This document shows, piece after piece, positions 50,460 through 63,670 of a stretch of 64,000 bases of DNA (position 1 is the stretch's first letter; the number at the start of each line of letters is the position of its first letter). This stretch comes from Vicugna vicugna. Its lineage: Eukaryota. Both the position numbers and the translations under genes were made by a program. The notes beneath the pieces were generated by a model that was given only the letters and a program-made list of their open reading frames with translations, did not search any database and had not been told where the DNA came from. Where the stretch lies: NCBI GenBank assembly GCA_013265495.1, contig MU057865.1, forward strand, positions 620,001 through 684,000, given 5' to 3'.

Positions 50460-52734
50460 CTAAAGAAAATAAGAGAGAAGATAAAGGGAAAATACAGAGT
50501 GCTGTGGAAGCCTGTGTCCAGTTGAGGCTTTACTGTCAATTGCCAGAGATTTTTAAGCCCCTGCTTTGACCTTGGCTATCATCTGACAAGGAGGATCTCC
50601 AGAACAAGCATCGTCCTCAAGGCTCACCCCTGTAGCTGGAGCCAAGGGGGCACCTGCCCTTGAACGTCCTCTGCCTGGTGTGGACGCTGCGTTGGGACTT
50701 CTGACGTGTGTGCATCACCATGTTCCTTTCTTGCCATCCCACCAAGGCCCTTCCTCAGGATCAAAAAGAGATGAGGGGTCTGATCTGTGCATAAATGACA
50801 CTAACACTCAGCAGAAAGGTGGCCTGCTCTACCCACCGCACGTAAGACTTTCTGCTTCCATTTCTGTTCCTTCTACCGGAAACGCCCGCATCCCAGGTCT
50901 CCCCTTGCTAACTCTTGGTAGAGCTCGGAATCGACTCAGATGGCTTCCTCCAGCAGCCTCGCCTGTGTGTTCTAGATATTGCCTGTTTTCCACCTTCTCA
51001 GTCTGAGTACCTTGTTTCTGCACAGGTCAGTCTTCCAACTCCATCCCTGATATCTGGTCCCTGCTTGTTGAACAGGTGAACAGATCATTTATTTGTAGGC
51101 AGCATTTTCGGGAGGGGAGGCTGTAATCCATTTGACTCCTAGCTGGTTAGCTTTGTAACCCTTGAGAATTTACATTATTCTCCAGGTGAAGAACAAGTCC
51201 TCGGCTGAGAAAACACTTTTACACATTCCCACATGCACAAACTCACTTACATTTTCTTCATGTCGGCTTTCCCTGAAATATTAGCCTGAATTCAAATGCT
51301 TTTACAAATCTTACTCAGTCTACTTTCCTCCAAACTCTTACATCCTCATATCTGGATCACTCAGTGGCATATCCGTAAGATATTGTATTTATAATTATTC
51401 TTTTCTTTAAAAAATGTTTTGTCTTCTTATCTGTGCTCTGAACAACTGTGGGGTGGTTCATGCTAAGCCATAAACCTGGGACAGTTTCTTGATGATAACA
51501 GGCAACTGATGAGTGCTCGTTCTTTCTGTTCAACTTGACTTTTGTCCTTGACATCGACCTGATGATCCTTCTGTTACATTGAGGGTTCATCTCTGCATCT
51601 CCCACAGTACACGGTTTGATGCCCCATCCACAGTAGATCCTCGAAAAATACTTGCAAATAAACTTAATCTCCATGACTTTTTGTTTTGAGCATCAAAAAG
51701 CAATGTGCCTGGGCAAATGGTTTGCCACGGCAAAAGCAAACTGTAAATGTCAGGGATCAATGCTGTGATTCAGTGAACCCAGTTCCACCCTGGAATATGA
51801 TTTGATGGTGGTGGTTTAAATCCCGCCAGTCAATACGCAGCAAATCCTTCTCAGATTTACTTCCCTTTAAAAGGCACAATATTATACTGGTTTATAATCT
51901 CAAGTTTCCTGGTTAAAAAAGTACACTTCTAGCTGAGTCTGTGTCACGCTCTGGGGCTTTCCACATCTAAATATTTAACAGGATTGCTTTATACGCCCTT
52001 ATGCCGATATTACCGATATGTGACTTGGCTTCTGCCCAGTGGGCCCTTGGGCTTTTCATCATCCGGTGCATATATTGGCTGCAGAACGCCCGGGCAGCAA
52101 GAATAGTGGGGTTGCTCAGGCATTGAATGCAATCAGAATGTTATTTAGAAAAGCTGGCTTGGCAGCCAAGCCTCGCACACATCTTTTATTACACTGTATC
52201 TCTGTGACATATTATTTCTACTTCACAAGGTCACCTGACCCTGAATGGGACCTGTGGTCCATTGATAACACGCCTGGATGATGGCCGTGGTGTGAGTTAG
52301 GACTGGACACAGAGAATGATGACTTTCCCAAAGCCCCAGCCCGCCCTGGCTGAGTTCTCACATTTCTCTTGTGCCTCTTAGCACTCCTGCTTCCCCCCTG
52401 TTGTTGGTGTGGGAGGGGGTTAGAATCAACAGACCGATGGTCCAGCCCAGAGCTCCTTTCCATGATCACAGAAGTGGGGGTTGGGTGGGAATAATAAGCA
52501 GTAGGTGAAACTCCACACTTCTTCCGTGTGGATTTTAGTCCTAAGATGAGAATCCATGTGGCAGCCTCTGGGGCAAGATTTGTTCCACTGGATCTGTTTC
52601 TTTCTCTTCATATGTTTGGTTCTGACTGCTGATCAGCTCTCTGGCACGAGCTCGGATTTCTGCCATGAAACATGTAGGAATTCTTGGTGTTTGACCCTCT
52701 TCTATGCAGAGAATGACTTGCTCTATGACCAAGT

Positions 52735-53287
52735 CACTCAACTGCGATTTGTTCAGCATCCACTGAGTACCAGGCATCATTCTAGCTGCTAAGGAGGTAG
52801 CTTCAAACAAGACAGAGGTGGCCCTTTCCCTCGTGGAGTTCATGTTCTAGAGGGGACACATGACATAATCAAACAAACAAGCAAATAAACAATCACGTGG
52901 CAGGGATGATAAATACTATGGTGGAAACATAAAGAGGTGAATTGATCTCACCGAGATCGAGGGTGGTTGGGGACAATCTCTCTGAGGAAGTGACATTAGA
53001 CTGAGATCTCAGTGGCAAGGCACCAGCAATGCAAAGGTCCCGGAAAGGAGCAGCTCAGAAAAGGCCAACGGCACAGTTGAGCCTGCTCTGGCCAGGCTGA
53101 GGTCAGTGACGGCGGAAGGCTGAGACCCAGGCATCAGCCGAGCAAAGCAGAGGGCAGCGCCGGGTCCCACGCACACTTGTGGGTCAGATGAGGGGCAAGG
53201 CCTTATTTTACATGCAGGAGAGTCTTGCTGAGGGATTTAAAGCAGAGCGATGCCATGTTCTGATTTACATTCTTAGAAAATCACTCA
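52735..53287 (-). mobile_element. L2 LINE 3' portion
   Basis: ACCAGGCATCATTCTAGCTGCT...AACAAGACAGA...CCCTCGTGGAGTTCATGTTCTAG...CTCTCTGAGGAAGTGACATT. Confidence 0.8.
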
Positions 53288-53624
53288 TGTTTTTGTTTTT
53301 CTTAATAGTTTTTCGCACATGTATACACTTCTAAACAATACCGTTCATTTTTTTTTAACTCATGAGTGAAATTGCATTTTATGAATTTCTTTTAGTGTCT
53401 TGACACAGTTGTTCAACTTTTTTTGTGTGTGAGGAGGAAAAGGAGAAGTTTTTCTGTATTTCAGGGTCATGGTTACCTTACCGTGGAAAAAGTCACACAG
53501 GAGCTTTTGAGGTGCTAGAAAAGGCTTAATTCTTAATTCGTGAAGTGGTTATGTTGGCGTTTGTTTAGTATATAAGTGTAAATGGTACAGCTAGCTGTAT
53601 AAATACTTCTCTTTTTTGTATTTT

Positions 53625-53800
53625 ATCTCTTTTATTGAAGTACAGTCAGTTTATAATGCCAGTTTCTAGTGCACAGCATGATATTTCAGTCATCCATATA
53701 CATACATAGATCTGTTTTCATAATCATTTTCATTATAGGTTGCTGCAAGATGTTGAATATAGTTCCCTGTGCTGTATAGGAGAAGCTTGGCGTTTATCTT
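53625..53800 (-). mobile_element. camelid/artiodactyl L1 3' end
   Basis: TTATTGAAGTACAGTCAGTTTATAATG...CATTATAGGTTGCTGCAAGATGTTGAATATAGTTCCCTGTGCT. Confidence 0.85.
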
Positions 53801-53953
53801 GTAGTTCTGATAGCAAGAAATAGTCTACATAGTTCAGTGTATATATATATATATACATTCATACATAGATGTCGCTTTTGTTTCATTTGTGGAGGAGAGC
53901 GAGCATCAGCCAGCTTGGCAGTGCTCCTCCAAATATTTCTTTTTTTTCTCTCC

Positions 53954-54048
53954 TTTTTTTTTTTTTAATTGAAGTACAGTCAATTACAACGTGTCAGTCT
54001 CTGGTACACAGCACAATGTCCCAGTCATGCATATACATACATATATTC
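53954..54048 (-). mobile_element. very short camelid-type L1 3' end
   Basis: T-tract then AATTGAAGTACAGTCAATTACAAC...CAGTCATGCATATACATAC. Confidence 0.8.
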
Positions 54049-56925
54049 TGAGTATTTCTGAATGTATATTTCAAATAAAACTTTGAAAAAGAACTATTGT
54101 TCAGCACCACATTTAGTGAGTTTTTCCATCCGACTCCCAATATGAAGTTAGAAGCTATTTCCCAGGAGAGATTAGTTACCCTTCCTCTCACAGTGGGCTC
54201 ACCAGAGAAGCAAAGAGGAAAGGCAGAGAAAGGAGGAAGGTTTCTTACTGTGTGGCAGATGCCTGGGAAGGTCGGTCTGGTGTAGGAGACAGAGCCGTGG
54301 TACCCGGTGACGAGCATCTGGGAAGGCAGCAGAACTTTGACTCGGCCTCATGTTGCTCACTAGCTGGCCTCGTGTCTTCAGCAAGTCGTGGATATGCTCT
54401 GAACTTCGTTTTAGCATCTACAAATGGAGAGATGATCTATCACACTGCTTCACATGTAGCAGCTCATGTATGCACATTTGCTAGCTGCATACCCTGATTG
54501 TGGTAGACCCCAGCACCGGACTCCTCCCAGCATCTCCAGCCTCCAGATTCTTTTCCTCTGCGGCCGAGGCTGGCATACCTGACTCATAGGACATTCTGTT
54601 TCTATAAAAGCTTTGCAGTTGTCACAGTGGGACCTGACAGGCAACCGACTACTCATGGGTAGAAGCCCGAGCCCCCTGGCTCATGCTTGGCACGTGATCT
54701 TTAAGGCAGGACTTCTCTTTTCAAGAATACAGATTCTATAAAGTGAGTTTTACTGAAATCAGGGCCAAGAGCATTGATATACTCTTATTCTGATATATAG
54801 ATTCAGCGCGATTTAGAGTCAGATGTAACTGAGTTCAAATTCTGGCTCTGGTTGGTAGCTGAGCAAGATAGGTCAAGTTCGCCTCCCTGAGTTTATACTT
54901 TATATATTTCCTCAGCTGTGCGATGGTGGCACCAGTACCCACCTTGTGGTTTTGTGACAATCGAGTGCAGCTCCGTGAGCCCTCAGCACACATTTCTCCC
55001 TGATCTACAACCTACATCTCCTGAAATTAAACACAATCAAAGGCTACAAGCTAAACGGTCCAAATACCTCCACTTTCAGATTATTGTCATCAGTAGCATC
55101 ATGGTGATAAACCAAAATGTCATTTGCTCGTTGGGGTTGGAGGCACAGAGAGGGTCAGCACGTGAAAATAATCCGGTATACCCTTCCTTTCAGAAAGAAA
55201 TGTGTCGCTTCATGAGACGACAATACCATGCCTCTCCTGCAGCACTGGGCTGAAGTGTAAGAGGACTTTTTTTTTTTCAAAAATATATTTTCCTGACCAA
55301 GTGGGTGTATTCTGTCAGGCAGGGCAGCCGCTGACAGCCAGGCAAGGAAAAGAGAGGAATTATGCAGACATTTGGCAGTGTAAATGTTAGAACAACTCAA
55401 CTGTATGTGTGTTCAGGAGGGTTCAGTAGCTCAGGTGAATGCAACTCCAAGAAATAAAGTGACAGCTTCCCTGAACCATTATGCTAATGGCTGGGGACGG
55501 GGGTGGGGGGGGTGTCTCTGTTGGAGCAGGCGCCTGCGAGACAAGGCTTCTGGGCTCAGATCCCACGCCCAGCAACATCTCCCACTGTGATCCCGGCCGA
55601 GTTGCTGAACTTCATTGTACTTTAGTTCTGTTTCTCCAGCTACAAACCCAAGCTAATAATAGTTACCTCCGCTGCAGGGGTGGTACGAAGATTAATGAGT
55701 TAATGAGTAGAACGTGCAGTGGGGAGAAGGCAGGCTGTAGACATGGGATCGTTCCTACAAATCCCTGAGGTGCACCGGGCCGGCCACGGCGGCTTTTCTG
55801 AACGTCCTGCCCACTGCCCTCTTCCTCACTGACGATGATGATGAACACTCACATTGCATTTTCGCTCCCGAGAGATGTGGATTCTCTTGTCCAGGGAGTG
55901 GTGAGCTCCTCCACGGCCTCCAAGCCTGGATGCAGTGTGTGCAGATGATGGGGGGAGGGAGAGCCTGAGTCACAGAATGACGGAAATCGAGGCGAGGTAT
56001 GAGAGATGGAAGAGCCTTAGCTTTAAAACAAGTAAGTATCTTAACCACCTTCCCAATTTTGCAGTTCTACTTGAGAGAACAGTGAGCAGTGACAAGTGGG
56101 AATATTTTTACAAAACGAACGTGGCAATGCAGAGAATATGAAATAAATTAAATCTCATTTTCAAATTTGCTCATGATGCATTGTGCCAAGAAGCAGCATG
56201 TTGTTACATAAATATTAGGGTGTGGGGTAAGCCAGCTCCCCTACTACAGTGTTTTGCATGGCTTCCTGCCCCCAGTAGAGGTCAAAGTTAAAAAAAAATA
56301 AATAAAGCAAGACAACTAATATCAGGTGTAGATAAAAGAATTAGGCATTCTAATACAATCTTAGGCCTGGGAAAACAAAACAATACTAGACAAAAATCCA
56401 GTTTTCAGACCAGAGCATAAAAACATTCTATCAAACAGTCAGGAAATAAAAAGTGAATAATTATATTACATACGTGCTCCCATTCATTGGTCTTCATCTT
56501 GGAAATCAAATTTATGATACATTTTTAAAGACACTATTTAAGGATCGAGGAATTGAGCTTAGGAGATTTAATGATCTTGCTTAGAGTTAAAAAGCTACAG
56601 GGGGAGAGGTGGGGTCAGAACCCACACCTCATGTCAGTGTTTATGTTTCAACTGCCTGTCCCCAGGTTTCTACAGAGGACAGGATTTGTAGCTTTGGACA
56701 AAGCACTTATCTGACAGATACTATATGTATCTTTTGCAAATGTGCCCAAGCATCCTCCAGGTATTTGACCAATACCATCAATGTGCTATGATCAGTACTA
56801 GCTTAAAGTATTGAGCCAAGGTAAAGAAAAACACACCCTTTCTCCGAGTCAGACACGCGGGACTGTAACTGCAAAGGCAGAAGTGTCAGCAGGAGCATCC
56901 CATCCCAGCAGAATTAGGGGCTTAC

Positions 56926-57051
56926 CTTAGAGTGGGGGCTGCTTGACCTTTTCTGGGTGCAGTGTCTTTGGGACCTGAGACATGGATCCCTTGCAGCAGA
57001 GGACTGCAGTTCAACCCAGCCCCATCTGGGACAGGGATGCTGAAGATAAAA
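56926..57051 (-). other. candidate internal exon (126 nt), transcript unknown
   Basis: Minus strand: catcttcctctttcctgcag | exon | AAG/gtaagc; splice signals only. Confidence 0.35.
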
Positions 57052-57654
57052 CTGCAGGAAAGAGGAAGATGCTCTACTGAGTGCCTGTTATCATTTCTTT
57101 TTCAAGAACGTGAGAGTAAAATAAACTGCTGTTGGATGAAAGAATGAAAACTGGGGGACTTCAGTTGACTCAGACCCTAGCTAGACGCCATTCTGCTCGC
57201 ACCCACATCCACCCATCGGTCCCCCACTGTTGAGCAGATCTGAATACCCTTGTCTTGCTACCATCGGCAAATGGGCTTGGAGATTGGAAACCCCAAAGGT
57301 TAATATAAAGGGCATAAAAAACACACATTGCCTGTGCCCAGTTTTTCACAGACAAACTCCGTGTCCTGAACCGACATGGCTTCCTATGCTACTCAGAAGC
57401 ATCACAGAGGTGTTTGAGCAGGGAGGAATAAAGGGGATGAAAGCGTCCACTTTTATGTATTTGGAACAGCCCTCATTGCCTCAAATAATGAATGCAGGCG
57501 ACTAAGTTAAACTCCTTCTACGCTGATCTTACCAGTGTGCACCAGTTTGCAACACACATTCTCTTCTCTCCTGAGCTCACAGCACTTTCTGGCAGCTCTA
57601 CGTGCCTCATGTAGAATCGGGTACTCTGTTTTTCATTCCTGTCTCTCTTCTTTG

Positions 57655-58006
57655 CTCTCTTAGCTCTGGCTACTGTGACAAAATGTGACCATAAACTGGG
57701 TGGCTTAAAAACGACAGAGTTCTGAAGTTCTAAAGGCTGGAAGTCTGAGATCAGGGTGTCGGCATGGCCCGGTTCTGAAAGGTGAGCACCCTTTCCGGGC
57801 TGTAGACTGCCAACCTCTTTGTCTCCACTCGTGGTGGGAAGAGAGCTAGCTAGCTTTCTAGCCTCCACTGGCTAATTCTATTCTTGAGGATCCCACCCTC
57901 ATGACCCAAACACCTCCCAAAGGCCCCCGGCTCCAAGTATCGTCTCCCTGGGAATTAGGGTTCAATGCGTGAATTTTGGGGAGACACGAACGTTCAGTCC
58001 ATAAGA
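57655..58006 (-). mobile_element. MLT1A/B-like MaLR solo LTR
   Basis: CCATAAACTGGGTGGCTTAAA, GGCTGGAAGTCTGAGATCAGGGTGTC, CCACCCTCATGACC...CACCTCCCAAAGGCC, GAATTTTGGGGAGACAC...TTCAGTCCATA. Confidence 0.9.
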
Positions 58007-58439
58007 CCTGCTAATCCCATTTTGAGTAGTTATCCAACTGTTGCCCCGTCACATCACTTATGTCTTTATGCCTTATGATCCCAAAGCAAACTCTGTGAAC
58101 TTTATGTCAAAGACTGCATCTTACATATCTTTCCCCCTCACTCCCCTGTCTGCCTGTGTACTATAGACCTTGAATATTGAATACTTATTAATGCATGCAA
58201 TTAATGATTGTATGTGATGCTGAAGTTCGGTGAAATTCTAATACAATAAACTTTTTTTTTTGGTGCTCTTTCATCTTGCTGTCAAATGCCCGTATTTCTT
58301 CACATAATTCTCCCAGCACAGTCCTCCTCGCCAAGGTGTTTCAGCCTGGCTGGAACTGCACACTGTTACGAAAGCAGTCCTGGCCACAGTCTTAACATCT
58401 TTCTTATCAAAAGTTATGAGTGGTCTATACATTGATCTC

Positions 58440-59090
58440 TTCCTTCCTTCCTTCCTCCCTCCCTCCCTCCCTTCTTTCCTTCCTTCCTTGTTTCATTCAC
58501 CAACAAATTAAGTTTTGCTCATAGACAACTGAGTGCCTACTACCACATGCTGGGCTAGCGCTAACTAGCTGGTCTGGGGATTCAGTGCTTTGTAAGAGAG
58601 AAAGTAATTGCTTCCCTCTTGGAGCTTATGACCTAGTGGCAGAGGCTGACACTACCCATGCAAAATACCCATAAATAAGACCATTCCAGATAGGATGAGC
58701 ACCCCGAGCAAGATAAGGGGATGGACAAGAGACTTGAGAGGACACAGAGGGTCTCTCCAAGGAGATGACACTGAAGCTGAGACATAACCAACAAAAGATG
58801 TGCCATGCAATGATCTGAGGGAAAATCAACAGCTCGGTCTCAAAATTTGGAGGAAGAAAAGTAAAAAAGACAGGTGTGGCTAAAGTAACTGATGAATGGG
58901 GTGTTTCATTACAAACAAGTATGTCTAAGCCGGCAGGAATCATAGCACGTGAACTTTGCAGGAGACGGCAAGAAGTTTTTTTGTTTTGTTTTTTTGTTTT
59001 TTTTTTTTAAATAGAGGGCTGATGGAAAGGTTTAAGCAAGGGGATGAGATGACTGAATTTACAGCTTTAAAAGATGTCTCTGTCTGCTGT
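58440..59090 (-). mobile_element. L2 LINE 3' portion preceded by a (CCTT)n tract
   Basis: TTCATTCACCAAC...TGAGTGCCTACTA...CCCTCTTGGAGCTTATGACCTAGTGG...GGTTTAAGCAAGGG. Confidence 0.75.
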
Positions 59091-59549
59091 TTCTATGGGA
59101 TGATTTTTTTTTCCTAAATTGCATTGTAAGAACTAATGGGTAAATAGGAAATTCAATTTACAGAAATTTTCTTTAAGGCTAGATTTGTTAATCTAATCTT
59201 TTGCAAAAAGTCAGAGAAATGTTGTCAAACAAATCATTAAGTAAGCTCGCAGTAGCCTGTTTTGCAGATGTGTGCTTCTGGAACACGTCTGTATTCCATG
59301 CATGTCTGTAACTTCTTGAAGTTTGCTGTTTGACTTTGAGCACGTCACAAACTCTCTGGGCCTTAAAAAATGAGGAAGTTTGAATGAGATGATTTCTAAG
59401 ATCTCTTTCAGCTCTAATATTTTATGACCATGAAATTAGTGCATTAGAAACTGATTAAAATCTCAGAAGCCATAAAACATCCTTTCTCTTCAATCTTGTG
59501 AGTGAAATGAATCAGAGAGATTACTACTGTTCATGGTGATCAACATGTG

Positions 59550-59760
59550 TGCCGCATTTTATAGTCTGCTAAGGATACGTCCATTGTACCTTTTAAAATC
59601 ACATAATCCTGAGAAGTAGGTATTATTACTATTATTATTTCTGTTTTACAAGCGAGAAAACTGATGCTGAGAGGCACCGTTTGTTGCAAAGAAGATAAAC
59701 AACCAGCTCGTGAAAGAAGCAAGAACAGAACTAGAAATTCACTGTAGAGACAAATCAAGA
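59550..59760 (-). mobile_element. MIR SINE
   Basis: AATCCTGAGAAGTAGGTATTATTA...TTTTACAAGCGAGAAAACTGA. Confidence 0.75.
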
Positions 59761-60180
59761 AAACTGAACATTATGTGTCCATCCTGGATTTCAATGACAA
59801 TGTAGGCTTCCCTAGAAATTCACCTGCAACCTCCTTAGCAAACAATAAGACCTGGTTTATTTCTCTGCTCATTTATTCACAGTTATTGAAAGCAGCCTTA
59901 AGGTTAGAAACTCAGCCCTTTCTTAATTTCAAAACATACAAAAGTGGGAAATAAGGATTGCTTTATTACACCCACACTGTTGGTCAAGGTCTAACAAGCA
60001 TGTTACCTGTTAGTGTTAAAGTTATTGAAATTACTTAAGCAATTGCCAAGGTTTTTCTGTTTACTCTGTAGAGGGATGGCTTTTGAGTGTAGGAAACAGA
60101 TGCAGATGCATCTTTTTTTGAGTTTTATTTTGCTGGAGGGGCTGTCCTGGTCTCCAGCCCTCTCCTGTATGCTGGTGAGG

Positions 60181-60202
60181 ACACACACACACACACACAC
60201 AC
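60181..60202. repeat. (AC)11 microsatellite
   Basis: Directly visible. Confidence 0.95.
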
Positions 60203-62539
60203 AATCATCCTTACAGATTTGTAAGCCTGAGTGATGACAGGCCACTCTATTCTCTGGCACAGAGTCACTGTCTGTTGAGATTGAAGGAATTTTTTTACGT
60301 ACCTTCCCTATCACTCCTCATCCCTTACAGGTAGGCTTTTAAAATTTTGACTGCATTTCCTAGCTGCTCCTTGGATACTGATGTGTTGTGTACTAATTAC
60401 CCCATACATACAATGTTTTTAATCCTGTATCACATATATCACAATATATATGATGGATAAAAATCAGCAATGAAGCAAAGAGGCGGCCTCCCATAAAATC
60501 ATGCAAGGATTGGATCCAAATTATATCAGAATCACCATAAAGAGCAGAAATATTTTGAAGCTAAACCTGTTGAAACGGCTTACTTTTGACAGCCCTTTCT
60601 GGAAGCTCCGTGGCTGCTTCCCCACCCCCTCTCCCTTGCCTTCCTTCATGTCAGACTGGGCCGTGTTTGAAATTCCTGAGCCCACCGTGCTCGTGCTGTC
60701 TTTATATATAAACTCATCTCTCCTGAGGAAAGATTTCAACTTCATGGCAAAACTGAAGAAAGCATGTCAGAATGCTGTCGGAGAGAGAACCTTCTTTCCT
60801 ACAACTGGTTTTGGATGCCAGCCAAAATTTCCCCTTCTGGCTTTCCCTCTTGACACTCTCTCCCCACGGAGCAGAAGGGATATTTTAGCAGCTGGCAGGC
60901 TTTTGCAGGGGCTCCTCTGTGCCGGCATGGGCAGTCCAGGATTCAGAGCTTGGACTCCGTCTTCACGTCAACATTAAATAACCATGCCGTTTAAAGACAA
61001 CGCCAGGCCACTTTTCTTTGGAGGCTATCTGGGGAGATTCTTTTCTATTTTTTATTTTATTTTATAAAAGGTTTTATATAAGACATCAAATAGTTATGAG
61101 GAACGTGGCTGTGCTTTTTATAACACGAGAAAGGTTAAGAGCAGAAATTTTTATAGACACTGTAAGAACTTTCAAGGGACTAAAAAGCTCAGTGGACTCT
61201 GAAGATAGATTTCACCTTCAGGAAGAGGATTCAAGTTCACCTGAGGAATCAACAAGTTCCAAGGGTTGGGATCCCTGACTGGGTCCCTGTGGCTGGTGGG
61301 GCTCTCCCTCTGAAATCCGCTTTGCAATTAATTGAAAGAGAATTGTTTCACGGGAAAGGATTCTGTAACAATACAGCACACAGAGGGCTGGTGTCTGGGA
61401 ATGGCCAAACGATATGATTTAGGCTCTGGATTTGCTGGAAAGAAAAGTGTTATTTTTATTTTGGTGATTCTGGGTGCCCCTAACCAAAGATAACTGTACT
61501 GTGTGGCATAGAGGTGTTTCATTAAAGAAGACTTTTTCTCTGGATCAGTATTTACCCTCCTATAGGCTAAAGACTCTCTGTGTCACACAGAAGGCTACAT
61601 TTGGAGGATAAATACCAGCTAGGTGAAATTCCTTGAAGCAAGAAGAACAGCGAAGTGCAGAGAAGACAATTTCCAAGAGAAAATACGGTAGACTCAGAGT
61701 GAAAGACAGGGAATGGAAACTAAGAAATGCCATATGAGATGAATAATGCAAAGATCATTACAATCAAATTGTATGCAATTAACTGGAATGTCTATTTCAA
61801 TAAGCACACATTCTCACAAGCTGAGGATTCCACGCTAATAATGTATCTTGAACTTAGCCTTCTGTCCAGCAAGAACTCAATTACAAGGGATGTTTAGCCT
61901 ACAACAATGGCCAAATGAGTATTCTGTGACTTTGACCAAGACATAAGCAAAGAATGAGTTAAATTCACCGAACTGAAATGATTGCTTATTCTATCCTTAG
62001 AATTCTTACTCGAGAGGAGTACCCATTTAGTGAGAGCCATCAGTGTCTAAGCCCTAAGTCCAGGGAGCTGATACAATTCCATCACTCTTCCTAGATCACA
62101 AGACATCCAGACTGGAAACCAGATGGCCTGGATTGTTTTCTGGAAAGAAGAGAACTCGTAGAGATGAGAAGTTTCCTGCACGTGTATAGAAGAAGGTCTC
62201 TGCACACGAGCTACCCCACAGTTTTATCTTTATAAAAGATATTCTCCAATCCCAAGTTGGTACCTTCTTCTCCATTTTCAGAAAGCTCTTCAATGATTTG
62301 TTTTTTGTTTGTATGTTTGTTTTCCTAACACAAGCCCTATCCCATTAATCCCCATGTATACTGATTTCTCTGTCTTCAAGTTCCTTATATCCCTGGTCTA
62401 TGTGTAACCTGCCCCTGGACGTTGAGATGTTAGGTAACTTTTTTTCATTTGAACTAGAAATTAACCTGTTTAGTTTGATACTGTACTTTGGCTAAAGCAT
62501 AGAGATCCTATTAGGCCATATCATTCTCTTTACCCATAT

Positions 62540-63670
62540 CAAACATATTGCCTACTCATACTTAACAATGTTTTTATCAGTAACAATAAAAAAAATGCGA
62601 TTATTTTAGAACACTTGAAAAATGCAAAAAGAAATACAGAAAGATAATAATAATTCACAACTCTATTTTCCTGAGACATCTATGTTAAAATTTAATGTAC
62701 TTATAAATAAATATATTACTGTTTCTGTTTTCAATGTATGTGTACATACATGTATATAATTAATGTAACCCATGGAACCATATATGTATACATATATGTC
62801 CTTAATAAAATCTAAACTAACATAATCTTATTATGAAAATCTAAGGACCTGTATTTTAACAAAAATGCACTTATATGTATAAATGACTTTGTATCCCATT
62901 TTTTATTCAGAATTACATCACGTAAGTATGTGTAGACTAAATTTTCCTCCCATTTATTACACTTTATAATATATCATTAAAATATTCTAAGAGAGTGCAT
63001 TTTAATTTAATTTAACCAAATTTCCTTTTATTAGCACATAGGACCCTCCCATTTTTGTCTCTTGCTGATACAGATAATTCTATGATAAACAATCTTGTAG
63101 ACGGATTTCACATGCACGGTATCTTTTGAACTAAATTTCATTTTATACTACTGGTAAGGTTAAATATTGTAATCCAATTTTCAGTCTATTTGAATTCTGC
63201 CAGGCTATTGTCTCTTCATGACTCTCACCTACTTTTCTGTTGTTTTCTTTTTTGAAATGTCTGTACGTGTCTTTAACTCATTATTTTGTATTTCAGTTTG
63301 TAAAAACACATTTATATCAAATGTTTTCTTATTTATCACTTGTTTTTAATTTGGTTTATGATGTTTGTCGAATTTCAGAACTGTTCTATTTTTGATACAA
63401 ACAGATTGATTATTTCTCACACCCCTAAATGGGTTTCTTCCATAAATTTTATGCTTAGAAACATCTTTCTCATCCTGGGAAAATATTGATCTTCTAGCTT
63501 TCTGTCATTTTATTAAAGAAAAAGGCTTAACACTTTGATATACCTAGAGTTTTCCTAATTCACGTTCTCAATGACAGTTATAAAATAGAATAATCCATCT
63601 TTTTGCCATTGATTTGTACTGTTGTTTTTCTTTTTCTTCAGTTATTGCTATTATTGCTTCTGTTCAGTTT
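62540..63670 (-). mobile_element. ancient L1 (L1ME-like) fragment
   Basis: Very AT-rich; TTTAATTTAACCAAATTTCC...ACATAGG, ATGCTTAGAAACATCT and AATAATCCATCTTTT resemble old L1 3' regions in antisense. Confidence 0.6.

Noticed and set aside
52156..52172. Perfect inverted repeat GGCTTGGC-A-GCCAAGCC as an NFI site or RNA hairpin
   Set aside because: Spacing does not fit NFI (TTGGC-N5-GCCAA), and an 8-bp stem is expected by chance.
55760..55810. Small CpG cluster as a CpG-island promoter
   Set aside because: Far too short, and the surrounding sequence is CpG-depleted.
60501..60977. 158-aa ORF as a protein-coding gene
   Set aside because: No recognisable domain or family; an ORF of this length is expected by chance in 64 kb.
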